Origin: Utricularia gibba
Lineage: Eukaryota > Plantae > Magnoliophyta
Direction of reading: 5' to 3'
Length of the DNA: 64,000 nucleotides
NCBI GenBank assembly: GCA_002189035.1
Contig: NEEC01000019.1
Span: 1,364,001-1,428,000, forward strand
Shown: positions 1 through 11,047 of the stretch, piece by piece
Layout of the letters: every line of letters begins with the position of its first letter
Position numbering within the stretch: the stretch's first letter is position 1
Notes under the pieces: model-generated
What the model was told of the DNA's origin: nothing
What the model saw: only the letters and a program-made list of their open reading frames with translations
Database searches by the model: none
Made by a program: the position numbers and the translations under genes

Positions 1-56
1 TGCGTGATGTCGCTGTTATCTTGGTCTTTCTTCTCGGTTTCCGATGCGAAGTCCAT
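1..56 (-). CDS. Possible 5' end of a gene running off the left edge (MDFASETEKKDQDNSDIT...)
   Basis: ATG at 56-54 (minus) in GCC-ATG-G context with an open frame to the window edge; lies divergent to 5-FCL across a site-II-rich promoter. Product not recognised. Confidence 0.25.
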   Translation of the reverse strand, partial: MDFASETEKKDQDNSDIT

Positions 57-195
57 GGCTGCTCCGCCCGTTCCGGTGCCCTCGCTCGTCTTTGCTGTTG
101 ATGACTGGTGTTTGAGTTCAACCGATGAAAAAACTGCATAAAATGAAACACGCCGGAAATTAAAATTGGGCTTTAGGGATACCGAATCATCTCTC

Positions 196-232
196 GGCCC
201 ATATAAATTGGGCCCAATCAGCCCTTGGCCCA
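196..232. promoter_or_regulatory. Cluster of site II (TGGGCC/GGCCCA) elements upstream of 5-FCL, possibly bidirectional
   Basis: GGCCCA at 196-201, TGGGCCCA at 209-216 and GGCCCA at 227-232; TCP-binding motifs typical of plant housekeeping promoters. Confidence 0.5.
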
Positions 233-418
233 AGATGCAGTCCACTCCATTTTCTCACCCGTACGCTTGCCAATTTCTCGATTGCCGAAGGGGCAGAGGA
301 ATCTTCCGGCCGGCGGCGGTGCGAGGTCCTAGGTAACCATCTATCCTTCCATCTTTTTCCTCTTTCTCGCGTATCGGGTAAGACCTTTCTTGATTGCGCC
401 AAAATCTTTCAAGGCGAA

Positions 419-1893
419 ATGACAATAAGAGCCAGGCACTTCAATCGATTTGCAGGACGTATGCTCTTCCCATTCACCGTTTTTCCTTCTGCGACAAACC
501 CCGTGTCCTCTGTGTCAAACTGCAGCGCCTTCTGTAACCTGAATCGTCGATCCTCCGGTTCCACCACCGTGATCGGTTCAACTTCTAGCATTGCTGGTAT
601 GGAAGATATCTTCAAACAAAAAAAGGCCCTTAGATCAAAAATCAAGAAGGAGCTCAAGTCAATGGATCCAATTCTCAGATGCCGTGAAGGCAATGCAGCT
701 TTTCGAAATACATCCTATCTATTTGCGTCATTATTAGGTTTTGAATCCATCTTCCCCCTTTTTCAGATGATGCGATACAAAATTTAGTATTGGAAGCTCC
801 CTGGTTCAAGTCCTGCAGAAGGCTCTGCGCTTATATTAGTTGTGCTGCTTTGAGAGAAGTTGACACTTCCAAAGTGCTATCCCATATTTTGGAAGACAGT
901 AGCCAAGGTTTTGGGTTTCATTGATTTCCTTATGAACAAATCTGTTTCCTTGAGTTCACAGTTTCACTGATTTTCAAAATTTATCCCCTTGATTTCTCTT
1001 TGATTAGGAGAAGCTCTAATTTTTCTGTGTTTCACAAGCTACTGATCCAGAGGCAAGAAAGAAGCTCTATGTTCCCAGAGTGGAAGACAAGAATAGTTTC
1101 ATGCGGATGCTAAACATCCGTAGAACAGATGATCTGATTGCAAACTCCATGAACATTTTGGAACCTGCTCCATATGACAGCGCTCGGAACGTACCAGAAG
1201 ACGGTAAATTCTTCCCTAGGCATGTATAATTTGAGCTACGTAGTTGTATCTGAATCTCAACCAATAAATATAAATGCAGTCATGTTCGCAAATGAGCCCG
1301 TTGATTTGATCCTCATACCAGGTAAGATCTACAATCTTCTCCAAGATCTCCCTTTCACATCATTAATGCTTGACGCTACTTTCCTCAAACAAGCATGCAT
1401 TTCCTTGGAATCATTGCAGGGGTTGCCTTTGACAAAACTGGAATGCGATTGGGCCGTGGAGGTGGGTAAGTACGGCCACTCATTTGTTGTCAATACAGTA
1501 TCCTACCCCAATCCCCTGACTTATGACACTGCTTTCATGAAGTTACTACGACGCCTTCCTTAAAAAGTACGCAGAGCTAGCAAAGGAGCGAAACTGGCGC
1601 AAGCCCCTTTTCGGTAAGCATGCTACAGACCTTCCCAGCTCGAAGAAAGTCCCGAATCAAACTTTTGTCAAATCAAGACATGAACTTTGATGGGTTTTCT
1701 TTGATTTTCAGTTGCACTTTCCTACTCCATTCAAATCGTTGATCCCGGTGTTATTCCAGCGACACCAAGTGATGTTCCTGTGGATGCTATAATCTCACCC
1801 TCTGGCATCATTCCCGTTGAAAACGCCGCATCCCCTCCCATCATGAAGCAGCCGCCTCCATCAGGTTTATCACCGTTGGTTCCGGGCCAATAG
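419..1893 (+). CDS. 5FCL: 5-formyltetrahydrofolate cyclo-ligase with N-terminal organellar targeting peptide, 7 exons
   Basis: Exons about 419-689, 767-907, 1039-1203, 1280-1321, 1420-1465, 1543-1613 and 1712-1893 splice to KKALRSKIKKELK...VLEAPWFKSC...LYVPRVEDKNS...PGVAFDKTGMRLGRGGGYYD...VALSYSIQI, ending at TAG 1891-1893. Intron 1 is GC-AG. Confidence 0.95.
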
Positions 1894-2447
1894 GAGCGCG
1901 ACACGCATGATAATAATTAAAATTATATTATTATATATTGTATTTTGGATTTACGGGTGGATACACTATCCCATCCGATACGATAGACAGCTGCTGTATG
2001 ATTTTATTAAGTGGGCCCGAGAAGGGTGGCTGATTCATTTCATTTAATGCAGGATGTACCTTTTATTACCGTTAAATGATTGTAGGGGCAATCTTGTCAT
2101 TTACTAATAGAATAGCAGTGTTGAACGGAGGTTGTAATTGGTTGACTGTGTTTTGTAATTAGAATGTGATTAGCTGTAAACACAGTGTGCTGATTGGGCG
2201 GGGTGGAGATTAAGATTGATAATTGTGCTTATTTTTTAAAAATAAAAAAAGGAGAAAAAAAATCCATCTTTGTTTGCATTTAGGAGGCGACGAAGCGGTA
2301 GGTGGTGAAGAGCTTCCGTTGAAAGCGGGAAGATTTTCCAGGTTCACGTGTTTCTGGCCTCCCCGATGAATCTTCTGCTTGACTGGAATGATCGTTTCAT
2401 CCGTAGCAACCACCTCTCCGGCTAAAAGGCTTTTTTTGTAATCTCTG

Positions 2448-4140
2448 ATGGATGAGAAAACGCCATTGTTGTCGAATGAAGCTCAATCCCGGAGGACCTA
2501 TGCAAGGAGCTACTCAGTCAGCGCTCTGAAATGTGATTTCTTATCCAGATTACCGGAAAAGTTGAAAACGCTCGTCGACCCTGAGAACCCTTTTCATGTG
2601 GACTTGTCTAGAGCATCTGGCTTGGATTCAGGTATCTTCCTTTATTCCCGATCGTTGTGATTGAGAAGATGCGGGGTGGCGTTATAGAATCTGTTTTGGT
2701 AACAGGGCAGAGGGAGTATTACGAAAGACAAATTGCTACCTTGAGATCTTTCGAGGAAGTTGATTCCCTTGATTCACCGGACTTGATAGATGGGGAACTG
2801 GATCACCGAGCGGTCGCGCAGCAGGAGCTGGCGATGAATATTTCGAATTGGTGCAATATCTTTCTTCTTGCATTCAAGGTATTCGAAAAGAAACATTGGA
2901 AAGTTCGAGTTTTTGTGCAGACTTGTTCTGATTTCTTGAAAGTACTCAGATTTATGCCACAGTGCAAAGCGGGTCGTTGGCCATAGCAGCATCCACTCTT
3001 GACTCTTTGCTCGATCTAATAGCTGGAGGTATCCTCTGGTTCACCCATCGGTCAATGAAAAACATCAATATTTACAAATACCCAATTGGGAAACTCAGGG
3101 TTCAACCAGTCGGCATCATTATCTTTGCTGCGATAATGGCAACCCTTGGTATGTTATAGTTAAACTTTACCTAGTTTTACTCACTCAATGAGATTAAATT
3201 CGTGCATGCTGTCAGGATTTCAGGTTTTGGTTCAAGCAGTGGAACAAATATTAAGAAACGATACCCCAGAAAAAATGAGCTCCTCACAACTTCTATGGCT
3301 GTATATTATCATGCTTAGTGCAGCTGGGATAAAGGGCCTTCTATGGATTTACTGCAGGAACTCCGGGAATGATATAGTTCGTGCTTATGCAAAGGTAGAC
3401 AAAGCAAACTATGTTTTCCTGATTCTTGCCATGATTACATACATCACTCTGGTGTGTTTCCATCAAACAGGATCATTACTTCGATTTGGTGACCAATGTG
3501 GTCGGATTGATAGCTGCTGTCCTCGCTGACAAATTTTACTGGTGGATAGACCCTGTTGGAGCAATAGCTCTAGCAGCCTACACAATCGCAAATTGGTCAG
3601 GAACCGTTCTTGAAAAAGCAGGTTATTTTTGCTCATTCTTCTTCTCTGCTGCATCCATCTCATGTCTTGGAGCTGTATGGCTGCATCTAGATGTTGCTGT
3701 TGTTGATAATGTGCTCAAGATAGTTCACTTTCTGAAACTCCAGTGACGCTGGTGGGGCAATCTGCTCCCCTGGAGTGCTCCAGAAGCTCACATATCTCGT
3801 CCTCCAGCACCATCCAAAGATCCAACGTGTTGACACTGTTCGTGCTTACACTTTCGGCGTCCTCTACTTCGTCGAGGTACGGCATGGCCGATTGCACCTC
3901 TTACTCCCAGTTTTAGCCTTCATGACACTGAGAATGGTGGGTGTTTTCTGCGTACAACAGGTTGACATAGAGCTTCCAGGGGACCTGCCATTGATTGAAG
4001 CTCATGCCATCGGAGAATCGCTGCAGATAAAGATCGAGCTGCTCCCAGAAGTGGAGCGAGCATTCGTTCACCTGGACTATGAGTGCGACCACAAGCCGGA
4101 GCACACCGTCCTCAGCCAACTCCCCAACACCGATCCTTAG
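2448..4140 (+). CDS. MTP8: Metal tolerance protein, Mn-CDF group 8 (MTP8-like); apparent -1 frameshift at ~3770
   Basis: Spliced exons give [71 protein letters not shown] and [18 protein letters not shown]. Confidence 0.93.
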
Positions 4141-4767
4141 GGGAGCAGAGCAAGGTACCGCATCCGAAGGGAAGCTTCTTCTTTGGATACCAGGGTCGTG
4201 TGTTGTTGCTTGCAGTCGGTGGAAATGGAATATGGATGTGATGTGCAGAAAATGGCGTTGAAGCAGGTGCATTTTTCACTGTACAGATGCATTTACGGTG
4301 TTGGGAGGAAGACATATCTCGTTCTGAATTCAATTTCAAACAAGAATTAGATTCCGGTGACGGCGGCCCCCTGCACCTTGGGGCCGGAAACAATGGCGGA
4401 ACAAGGTCTGTTTGATGCTATGTTGTACGGGATCAGTAAAATGAAAGATGACGATGAAAGTGAAACAACAAGGAAGCATAAATTAATATTTATAAATGAA
4501 AAATAATTTTATTTTGCCTTAGAATGTTTAAATGGAATAAATATTTACAATATTATTTTTCTTATAAAATATATAAAGAATTTTCACTCCAAAAATATTT
4601 TTTTTATTTTAAAGAAGTTATAAAGATTTAATTTTTATTTTATTTTCAAAAATTATTTTCAAATATAAATTAAAAATTGCTACCCGGTAAAACTTATTAA
4701 TTTATTGCCAAACATCCCGCGGTTCGACTCTGAACCTGGATTTGCAGTGAGGATTGTACCCATCCCG

Positions 4768-6111
4768 ATGGCGAAGAAGAAGAAGAGCGTCAAAGAAGTC
4801 AAAAAAGGAGTCAAGGTAAAGAGGAATCTCCGAGAATCTCCAAAGTTGGGCCCAAGAAAGCATCTGTTGAAGAAAAGGAGAATACATTGCCCAGGCCGCG
4901 ATCATGGGTTTCTCATTTTTTATCGGATCATGACGTGAGATTGGGTCTTGATTTTTATCAAATTGATGCCCTTGATCTTGCCCCTCGTTTGTTGGGGAAG
5001 TATCTGAAGAGGGACGAAGTTGTTCTTCAGATAACTGAGGTTTGCCTCCCTTTTTTGTCCATGTTTTGATGAAAATGAATGCCATTTTTTTTTTTTTACT
5101 TTGTAGTAAGTTAAGTTTTCTGTATTTCTTAAAGGTGGAAGCTTACAGGCAGAACGACTCCGCTTCCCACGGCCGATTCGGCGTTACTCCAAGGACTGCC
5201 CCTGTTGTAAGACTATCTTGAGTTTTATCTCTGGGTTCTCAGATTTGTGTTGAGTGTAGCTAGGGTTCTTGCACTATTGAGCTTTGCAGAAGAATATGAT
5301 TGGATTTGCATGATAAAGAACCGCATTTTTTTGACCTTCCCTGTCGACTTTGAAGTTTAGAAACTTGAACCACAACATGCAGTGATCTGCAAGCATTTGA
5401 ACTTCACCTTTTATATTTCTTTAAAAAACAAATCATATGGAGTTACAATGCGGGTTTTTTTCATTTTGTAGTTTGGTCCTGGAGGTCATGCCTACATTTA
5501 CCTTTGTTATGGTCTTCATACCATGCTCAACGTTGTTGCAGACAAGGAAGGTGTTGGATCTACTGTGCTCATCCGCTCCTGTGCTCCCGTCAGAGGTGAG
5601 GTTAGGGTAAACTTGTCGTTTCTGAGGGTAATTACACTTGATGTTTACTCGATCGTAGGACTGGAAGTAGTTCAACAGAGACGTGGTTCGATATCAGATA
5701 AGCCAGTTCTCCTCACAGGCCCTGGAAAGGTAACATAATCCAATGACTTTTTTATTGTTTCACACGATAACTAATAAACTTCTAATGCTGAATAATGTTC
5801 TTACAGGTTGGACAAGCTCTGGGACTATCAACAGAGTGGTCTAACCATCCTCTTTTCACCCCTGGTTAGTAGTTCATTGCTGCAATTGTTTTTATTGAGT
5901 TTTTTGAGCTGACGGGTGGTGGGAACTTAGTTTACAAATGGCATCGTGGTTAGGTGGTTTGGAGCTGCTGGAAGGGCCAAAACCAGATGGGATAGTGGCC
6001 GGTCCCCGAGTAGGTGTAGATTTTGCATTACCTGCGGATGTGAGTGCACCTTGGAGATTTGCCATTGCTGGTTCTCCATGGATAAGTGCACCAAAAAGCA
6101 CCCTCAGTTGA
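4768..6111 (+). CDS. MAG: DNA-3-methyladenine glycosylase (MPG/AAG family), 6 exons; first ATG is out of frame with the catalytic domain
   Basis: FYQIDALDLAPRLLGK / ITEVEAY / [29 protein letters not shown] / LLTGPGKVGQALGL / GPRVG / WRFAIAGSPWISAPK; stop TGA at 6109-6111. Confidence 0.92.
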
Positions 6112-6523
6112 CCGGTTATATTGATGAAGCATACTGCTGCCAGGAAGGCAACAGCCTGATTACATGCCTAAGGAAGCACAAGATCAACTTCCAATTCTGT
6201 AATTTTTGAACTTTTGGGAGGTGGTTTTGTAAAATATAGCATGCTGAGCATGCAATTCACTTACAGCAGCAAGGTCATCGAATTTGCACTTTATGGGATA
6301 AAGTAATGTTCTCGGTTTGTTAGATTATCTTGGACATGCCATTGGTTGGGATCTTGGAAAGATTTATGTGAAAAAACTTTATTCAAAATCATCTTATTAT
6401 ATGAATCAGTTCAATTTAAAGATGCAGTTATAATATTCATATCTTATTGTTATTATACATATCTCTAGATAGAATCATCTCTTCATTCCAAAGTCTCCCA
6501 AGGGAGTAGGAATATGCAAGAAT

Positions 6524-7142
6524 GGCTGTTATGTCTTCTTCATGATCTTCATTTCTCATAATTTGTTTCTTTGTTTCCTTCCTTCACTTAGCTTGCTTAT
6601 CCGCCTCATCTTCCAAAGATTTTTTTTGAAGTGAAGGACAGAGGAACATTTCAAGGGACTGTAGTGCTACATGATGATAAAATCTCTTTCCATGTTTTTG
6701 ACAAAGTTGGTGTGAAGAAGCCAATGAATGATCCTGCTGTCATGAAGAGTGATACTACTACTATTACTACTACCAGTTTTGATGAATAGGTGAAAGAATC
6801 ATTGGCGAATTGCAATTTATTCGATGGAAATTGGGTTAATGATGATGATCATTACCCTTTCTATAGTCCTGGTTCTTGTTTATTGATCGATGAACAGTTC
6901 GATTGTGTACTGAACAGTAGGCCTAACTCAGACTTCTACAAACTCAAATGGGAACCTTCAGATTGCCATCTCAATATAACAAGAATGACAGACTACCATA
7001 AAGATAATCATCCATGCATATTCCAAAAAAGATGGTACACAAACAAAGAAAAGGCATCACCATGGCATTTTCAAGATTGCAGCCACTGGTGCCTGCTTGG
7101 AATGAGATTCTCTTTGCGAAGTTTTTGGTGATGATGAATTAA
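6524..7142 (+). pseudogene. Trichome-birefringence-like (TBL/PC-esterase, TBR/TBL1-6-type) pseudogene with large internal deletion
   Basis: The PMR5N/TBL motif CNLFDGNWV...C..IDEQFDC..N.RP...YKLKWEPSDC is fused directly to C-terminal LNITRMTDYHKD.HP and QDCSHWCL. There is an in-frame TAG at 6787-6789, and WNEILFAKFL continues in another frame after 7097. Confidence 0.85.
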
Positions 7143-7856
7143 TGCACACGAGTTCCTCTTCGATCAAAAAATCTGCTACAACAAATAAATAGTATCCCAT
7201 GTATAGAGCAAGTAGTTTGAATGACAATAGTAAATTTTCTCTGGCCTATATTAAAACTTCCTTTAATTCTTTTGAACTCCATATATTTTACCTGGGCAGC
7301 AGAGAAATATACCTTGTTTCTGTTTCTCCCTCTACACCATACAGCTACTTGGTATTTGATTCACAGATGCACAGCATCATGCTAGTTTTTCCAGCAGCTG
7401 ACCCATCAGAAACTCAAGAATAAAACAGATAGCCGCTGCAAGAGTTCAGGAATCACAAAAGCATCAACCATAGAACGAAGTTTTATACAAGAATCGATCG
7501 AAAAGGCAACACCTACTTCATTACATGTTGTCGAAGACCAGATTCATCGTTGCTTAATGCAAAGAATCCAATATTTTGATGCCCTCTTGCAAACCAGTAA
7601 CCAGCTTGCCGAGAATGAACTCCATCTCTTGAGTAAAAGAGAAAAGTGTACTGTTGCTGCTCAGGTTTGCTCGTTCCTTTCTCATAAACGCGTCATTGAG
7701 TTTAGTATTTCCAGAAAAACTCGAAATGCAAAAAGCCAAGTACATATCTTGCTACTGCACCACCTGAGAGAAGCTGAACCGATGCAAGATGTCGACTGCA
7801 TCGACAATTTGACTTGAACTTGGTGGAATCAACAAGTAGTGCATGATCCCTCGCAT

Positions 7857-9746
7857 CTACATACAAAATAATATGTCAATATGAATAAGGAACAGAAAAT
7901 GCAAACTGGAAGAAGCTTTGTTGGAGAAACTAGCCCACATTGATTTCTGCATCCCCTGGATAGCATATTTGCATGTTACAGCATCCGGTACAAACCCCAA
8001 TTTTCCCATCCTAACTTGGAAATTGATCAACTCTGCCACATTGCATTCCTCCACAACAGCTCTACTGACTGTGTTATAACACACAGAATCAAAAATCTGT
8101 GCCTTTTCTGCAAAAAAACGTAGCAACAATTCTGCATCTCCAATGTTCTTCATCTTGCACTGCACATTCAACAAACCCCGGCACATCTCAACATCAGGAA
8201 CCAGCCCTGATTCAACCATTTCTTGCATAAGCAAAAAGCCCTCCTTGCTTCTATCTAAAGCACACAAACATCCCATAATAGCTCTGTATGTACCAAGATC
8301 AGGCTTCATGCCCCTTGACTCCATCATCTCAACTTTTAAATCCATTGCCTCCTTAACAAAGTTGCTTCTGCATAGGCACTCGATCATCTCATTGTACATC
8401 TTCTTACATGGAATATAACCATAACCAGACATCTTGTCAAAAAGAGACTTTGCTGCAAAAGGCCTATCATCCTTACATAGAGCAAGAATCAAGTGACGAT
8501 AAGTTTCTTCAGATATCTCAATTCCTAGATGTGTGAACTCCAAGACCATATTCATAGCAGTTATCATTCTATCAGACTGTAGATATCCATTAATAAGGAT
8601 TTGGCATGTAAAATTATCAGGGTGTACATGATTACCAATCATATCAAACAAAAGGGACCTTGCCACTTTCATCATACCTTCCTTGCAGTATCCATGTATG
8701 AGAGTGTTATATGCGACAATGTCTGGTTTCAAACCTCTATGGACCATCAGATTGAACAAACGATGGGCCTCCATTACACTACCACCATGGCACAGACAAC
8801 GTATCAATGTTGTGTATGTAACTAGATCAGGTATGACATTTCTCCTCAACATGATATTATACAGGTGAAATGCATCTTTTGGCCTTCCTATCTTGCAATA
8901 ATGATGAAGGAGCATATTATACGTTACAATGTCTGGATCAAATCCTTCTTCCTCTATTCTCTCCAGGAATGTATTCACCTTATCTACATCGCCCTCCTTA
9001 CACAACATGTTGAGTAACGTATGAAAAGTGAAAGAATTTGGTTGTATCCCAATCCTGCACATCTCCTCATAAACCCACCAACATTTTGCACAATAGCCCA
9101 TCTTTGCAAGAGAAATTATAAGACAATTGGACACATTCAGACTTGGAACAAAACCAAGTTTTGTCATTCCTTTATACGTTTGAAAACTTTCCTTCACCTT
9201 ACCGCTTCGAAGGTAGGCCTTTATGAGCATGTCAAATACAGCGGGTTCAAAATTACAAGTACCCGCACAAACAAGAAGACTATCAAACACATTCATTCCT
9301 TTGGGCACATCAGTCTTCCCAATCTGCTGAACAAGGTCTAACAACATGTTCATCCCCTGTTTAAATTTTTTACACCAAACCAAAATATGAATGATGATAC
9401 AGAAATTCTGCACATTTGGTGCAAGACCCAAGTGATTTCTCACCCAATTGAAGAAAGCAAGAGCTGCTGATGAATCCGACTGGCATCTGAGAAGGATCCT
9501 GGACAAGTCATGGTGGTTAAATTTAGCAAAAATCCCTTGGTCTAGGAGATCGCTCCAAAGTGAAGTATTTTTTTGTTTCAGTGAAGCGGATATGAACCTA
9601 ACAAGATTATTCGGATTCTGGGTTTCAGGAAGGAAGTTTAACACAGGGATTGTCACAGGAGCGTTGAAGTGGGCTATGGTTTGAACAGCAGTTGATGATG
9701 AAGTTGAAGAAAAGCTTCTCAGTTTTGGGCAACAACAAAAAACCAT
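7857..9746 (-). CDS. P-class pentatricopeptide repeat protein, intronless, probable mitochondrial presequence
   Basis: About 630-aa ORF with tandem 35-aa repeats (PDIVTYNMLL, PDLVTYTTLI, PDIVAYNTLIHGYCKEG). ATG at 9746 preferred over the upstream start given by the ORF track. Confidence 0.95.
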   Translation of the reverse strand: MVFCCCPKLRSFSSTSSSTAVQTIAHFNAPVTIPVLNFLPETQNPNNLVRFISASLKQKNTSLWSDLLDQGIFAKFNHHDLSRILLRCQSDSSAALAFFNWVRNHLGLAPNVQNFCIIIHILVWCKKFKQGMNMLLDLVQQIGKTDVPKGMNVFDSLLVCAGTCNFEPAVFDMLIKAYLRSGKVKESFQTYKGMTKLGFVPSLNVSNCLIISLAKMGYCAKCWWVYEEMCRIGIQPNSFTFHTLLNMLCKEGDVDKVNTFLERIEEEGFDPDIVTYNMLLHHYCKIGRPKDAFHLYNIMLRRNVIPDLVTYTTLIRCLCHGGSVMEAHRLFNLMVHRGLKPDIVAYNTLIHGYCKEGMMKVARSLLFDMIGNHVHPDNFTCQILINGYLQSDRMITAMNMVLEFTHLGIEISEETYRHLILALCKDDRPFAAKSLFDKMSGYGYIPCKKMYNEMIECLCRSNFVKEAMDLKVEMMESRGMKPDLGTYRAIMGCLCALDRSKEGFLLMQEMVESGLVPDVEMCRGLLNVQCKMKNIGDAELLLRFFAEKAQIFDSVCYNTVSRAVVEECNVAELINFQVRMGKLGFVPDAVTCKYAIQGMQKSMWASFSNKASSSLHFLFLIHIDILFCM

Positions 9747-9939
9747 CAAAACTCGCACTGAAAACGGGCGCGAACGCAGAGGGAGTTTCATTTCCTCCCT
9801 GCTCCGCAACGCATAAAAGTTTCAATCTTTATTTTAAAAATACTTGCGCCTGCTTCTCGCGATCACCGAAGAATCAAAAAACAAATACTGACCTTTCGGT
9901 TTGGACTAGGGAATGAATATGGGCTAAATACATTCGCGA

Positions 9940-10036
9940 TCCACGGTGCGTGACATTGAAACGCGAATCTCCGCAAGGGCCGAGGGTCTGGAATCGGACC
10001 CAACTCCGCAAATCTCCACGGTGCGTGACATTGAAA
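9940..10036. repeat. Perfect 22-bp direct repeat TCCACGGTGCGTGACATTGAAA (9940-9961, 10015-10036)
   Basis: Read directly; the spacer also repeats CTCCGCAA. Confidence 0.85.
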
Positions 10037-10723
10037 GTTACCATTTTTGTGTGTTTTTCTCCATTGTAGTTCTTGCTTTCTTCATGGTGAGGATGTTGTT
10101 CTATGACCAATGAATCAAGCCTCAGAATTAGGTGCCATGTTCAATCCTCGAGCGAGTCCGTTTTGGGTTAAGGTCTCATTTTTTCACAAAGCGCAGGAGA
10201 TACGGTAATTGGGATTCGGTAAGGTTTGTGTCATTTCTCAGATGGGAAATGCCAAGAAACTTTTTTTTTTTTTTTTTTTTTATTTTTTATTACAGGGTTT
10301 AGATTAAGCTTGTCCTTCGACACACGCACCCAAAATGGTTGCTTGTGTATCAAAGACCTGATTTTTTCGTCGCATTTCTTTCTTAAGCTTGAGGTACCTC
10401 TAGTTTCTGTGATACTTGCTCTTGTTGAACTTTCTTGGATTCGACAAAAGCGGCACTTACAAAGCAAATGGCAATTCAACATATACGAAGTGTATGACAT
10501 TTGTAAAAATACATTCTTTAGATACATTTCTTAGAGTACTTTGGCCTAGTTTCCTGTATGGCTGCCTGCTGTGATTCCCATATAACTATTTTCTACTTAT
10601 TCTGTAGGGGACTTCTTTCGAGAGCTCCCCAAAGGTTAAATTTTCTCACCTTCTCCTTTAGCGTTAATGTCTTTCATTTGGAAGTACATCTGTGCAACTC
10701 ATTTTGCCTGCGTATAAATCAGC

Positions 10724-11047
10724 ATGAACAGAGGAAGTGAACTGAATTCTCTATCCAGAGAAGTTACTGCTGGACAGAACAAATATGTACACAGCCTCGT
10801 TCAACTTGTTACTTCAAACCGCCCAATCCCAGTTCTGAAGTCCACTGTGACTGTTGCTGCAGATCACCACATCATCATCCTGTCGAATATCATCCCCTCA
10901 GCTTCTACTCCTGATGGACTGATAGTGGCACTATTTTGCATAAGTTTAAAAATTACTACAGAAGGGTCAAAAAGCAGAACTTCATTGCGTGATAATGGTG
11001 ATTTTGTGGATCAGTTACTTCAGGTCTCTAGCACCGTTCCTAGTTAA
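10724..11047 (+). other. 107-aa ORF of unknown status, possibly the terminal exon of a spliced transcript divergent from the PPR gene
   Basis: ATG directly follows a CAG acceptor-like site; an upstream donor-like site G|GTAAGG is at ~10217. No family recognised. Confidence 0.2.

Noticed and set aside
187-402. 71-aa minus-strand ORF
   Set aside because: It overlaps the 5-FCL promoter and 5' leader on the opposite strand and shows no protein-like features.
4720-4736. GGTTCGACTC, resembling a tRNA T-loop/B-box
   Set aside because: No T-stem pairing, A-box or cloverleaf.
5135-5175. MAG motif NDSASHGRFG instead of the NDSACHGRFG I recall from Arabidopsis
   Set aside because: A conservative single change at a position I cannot show is catalytic.
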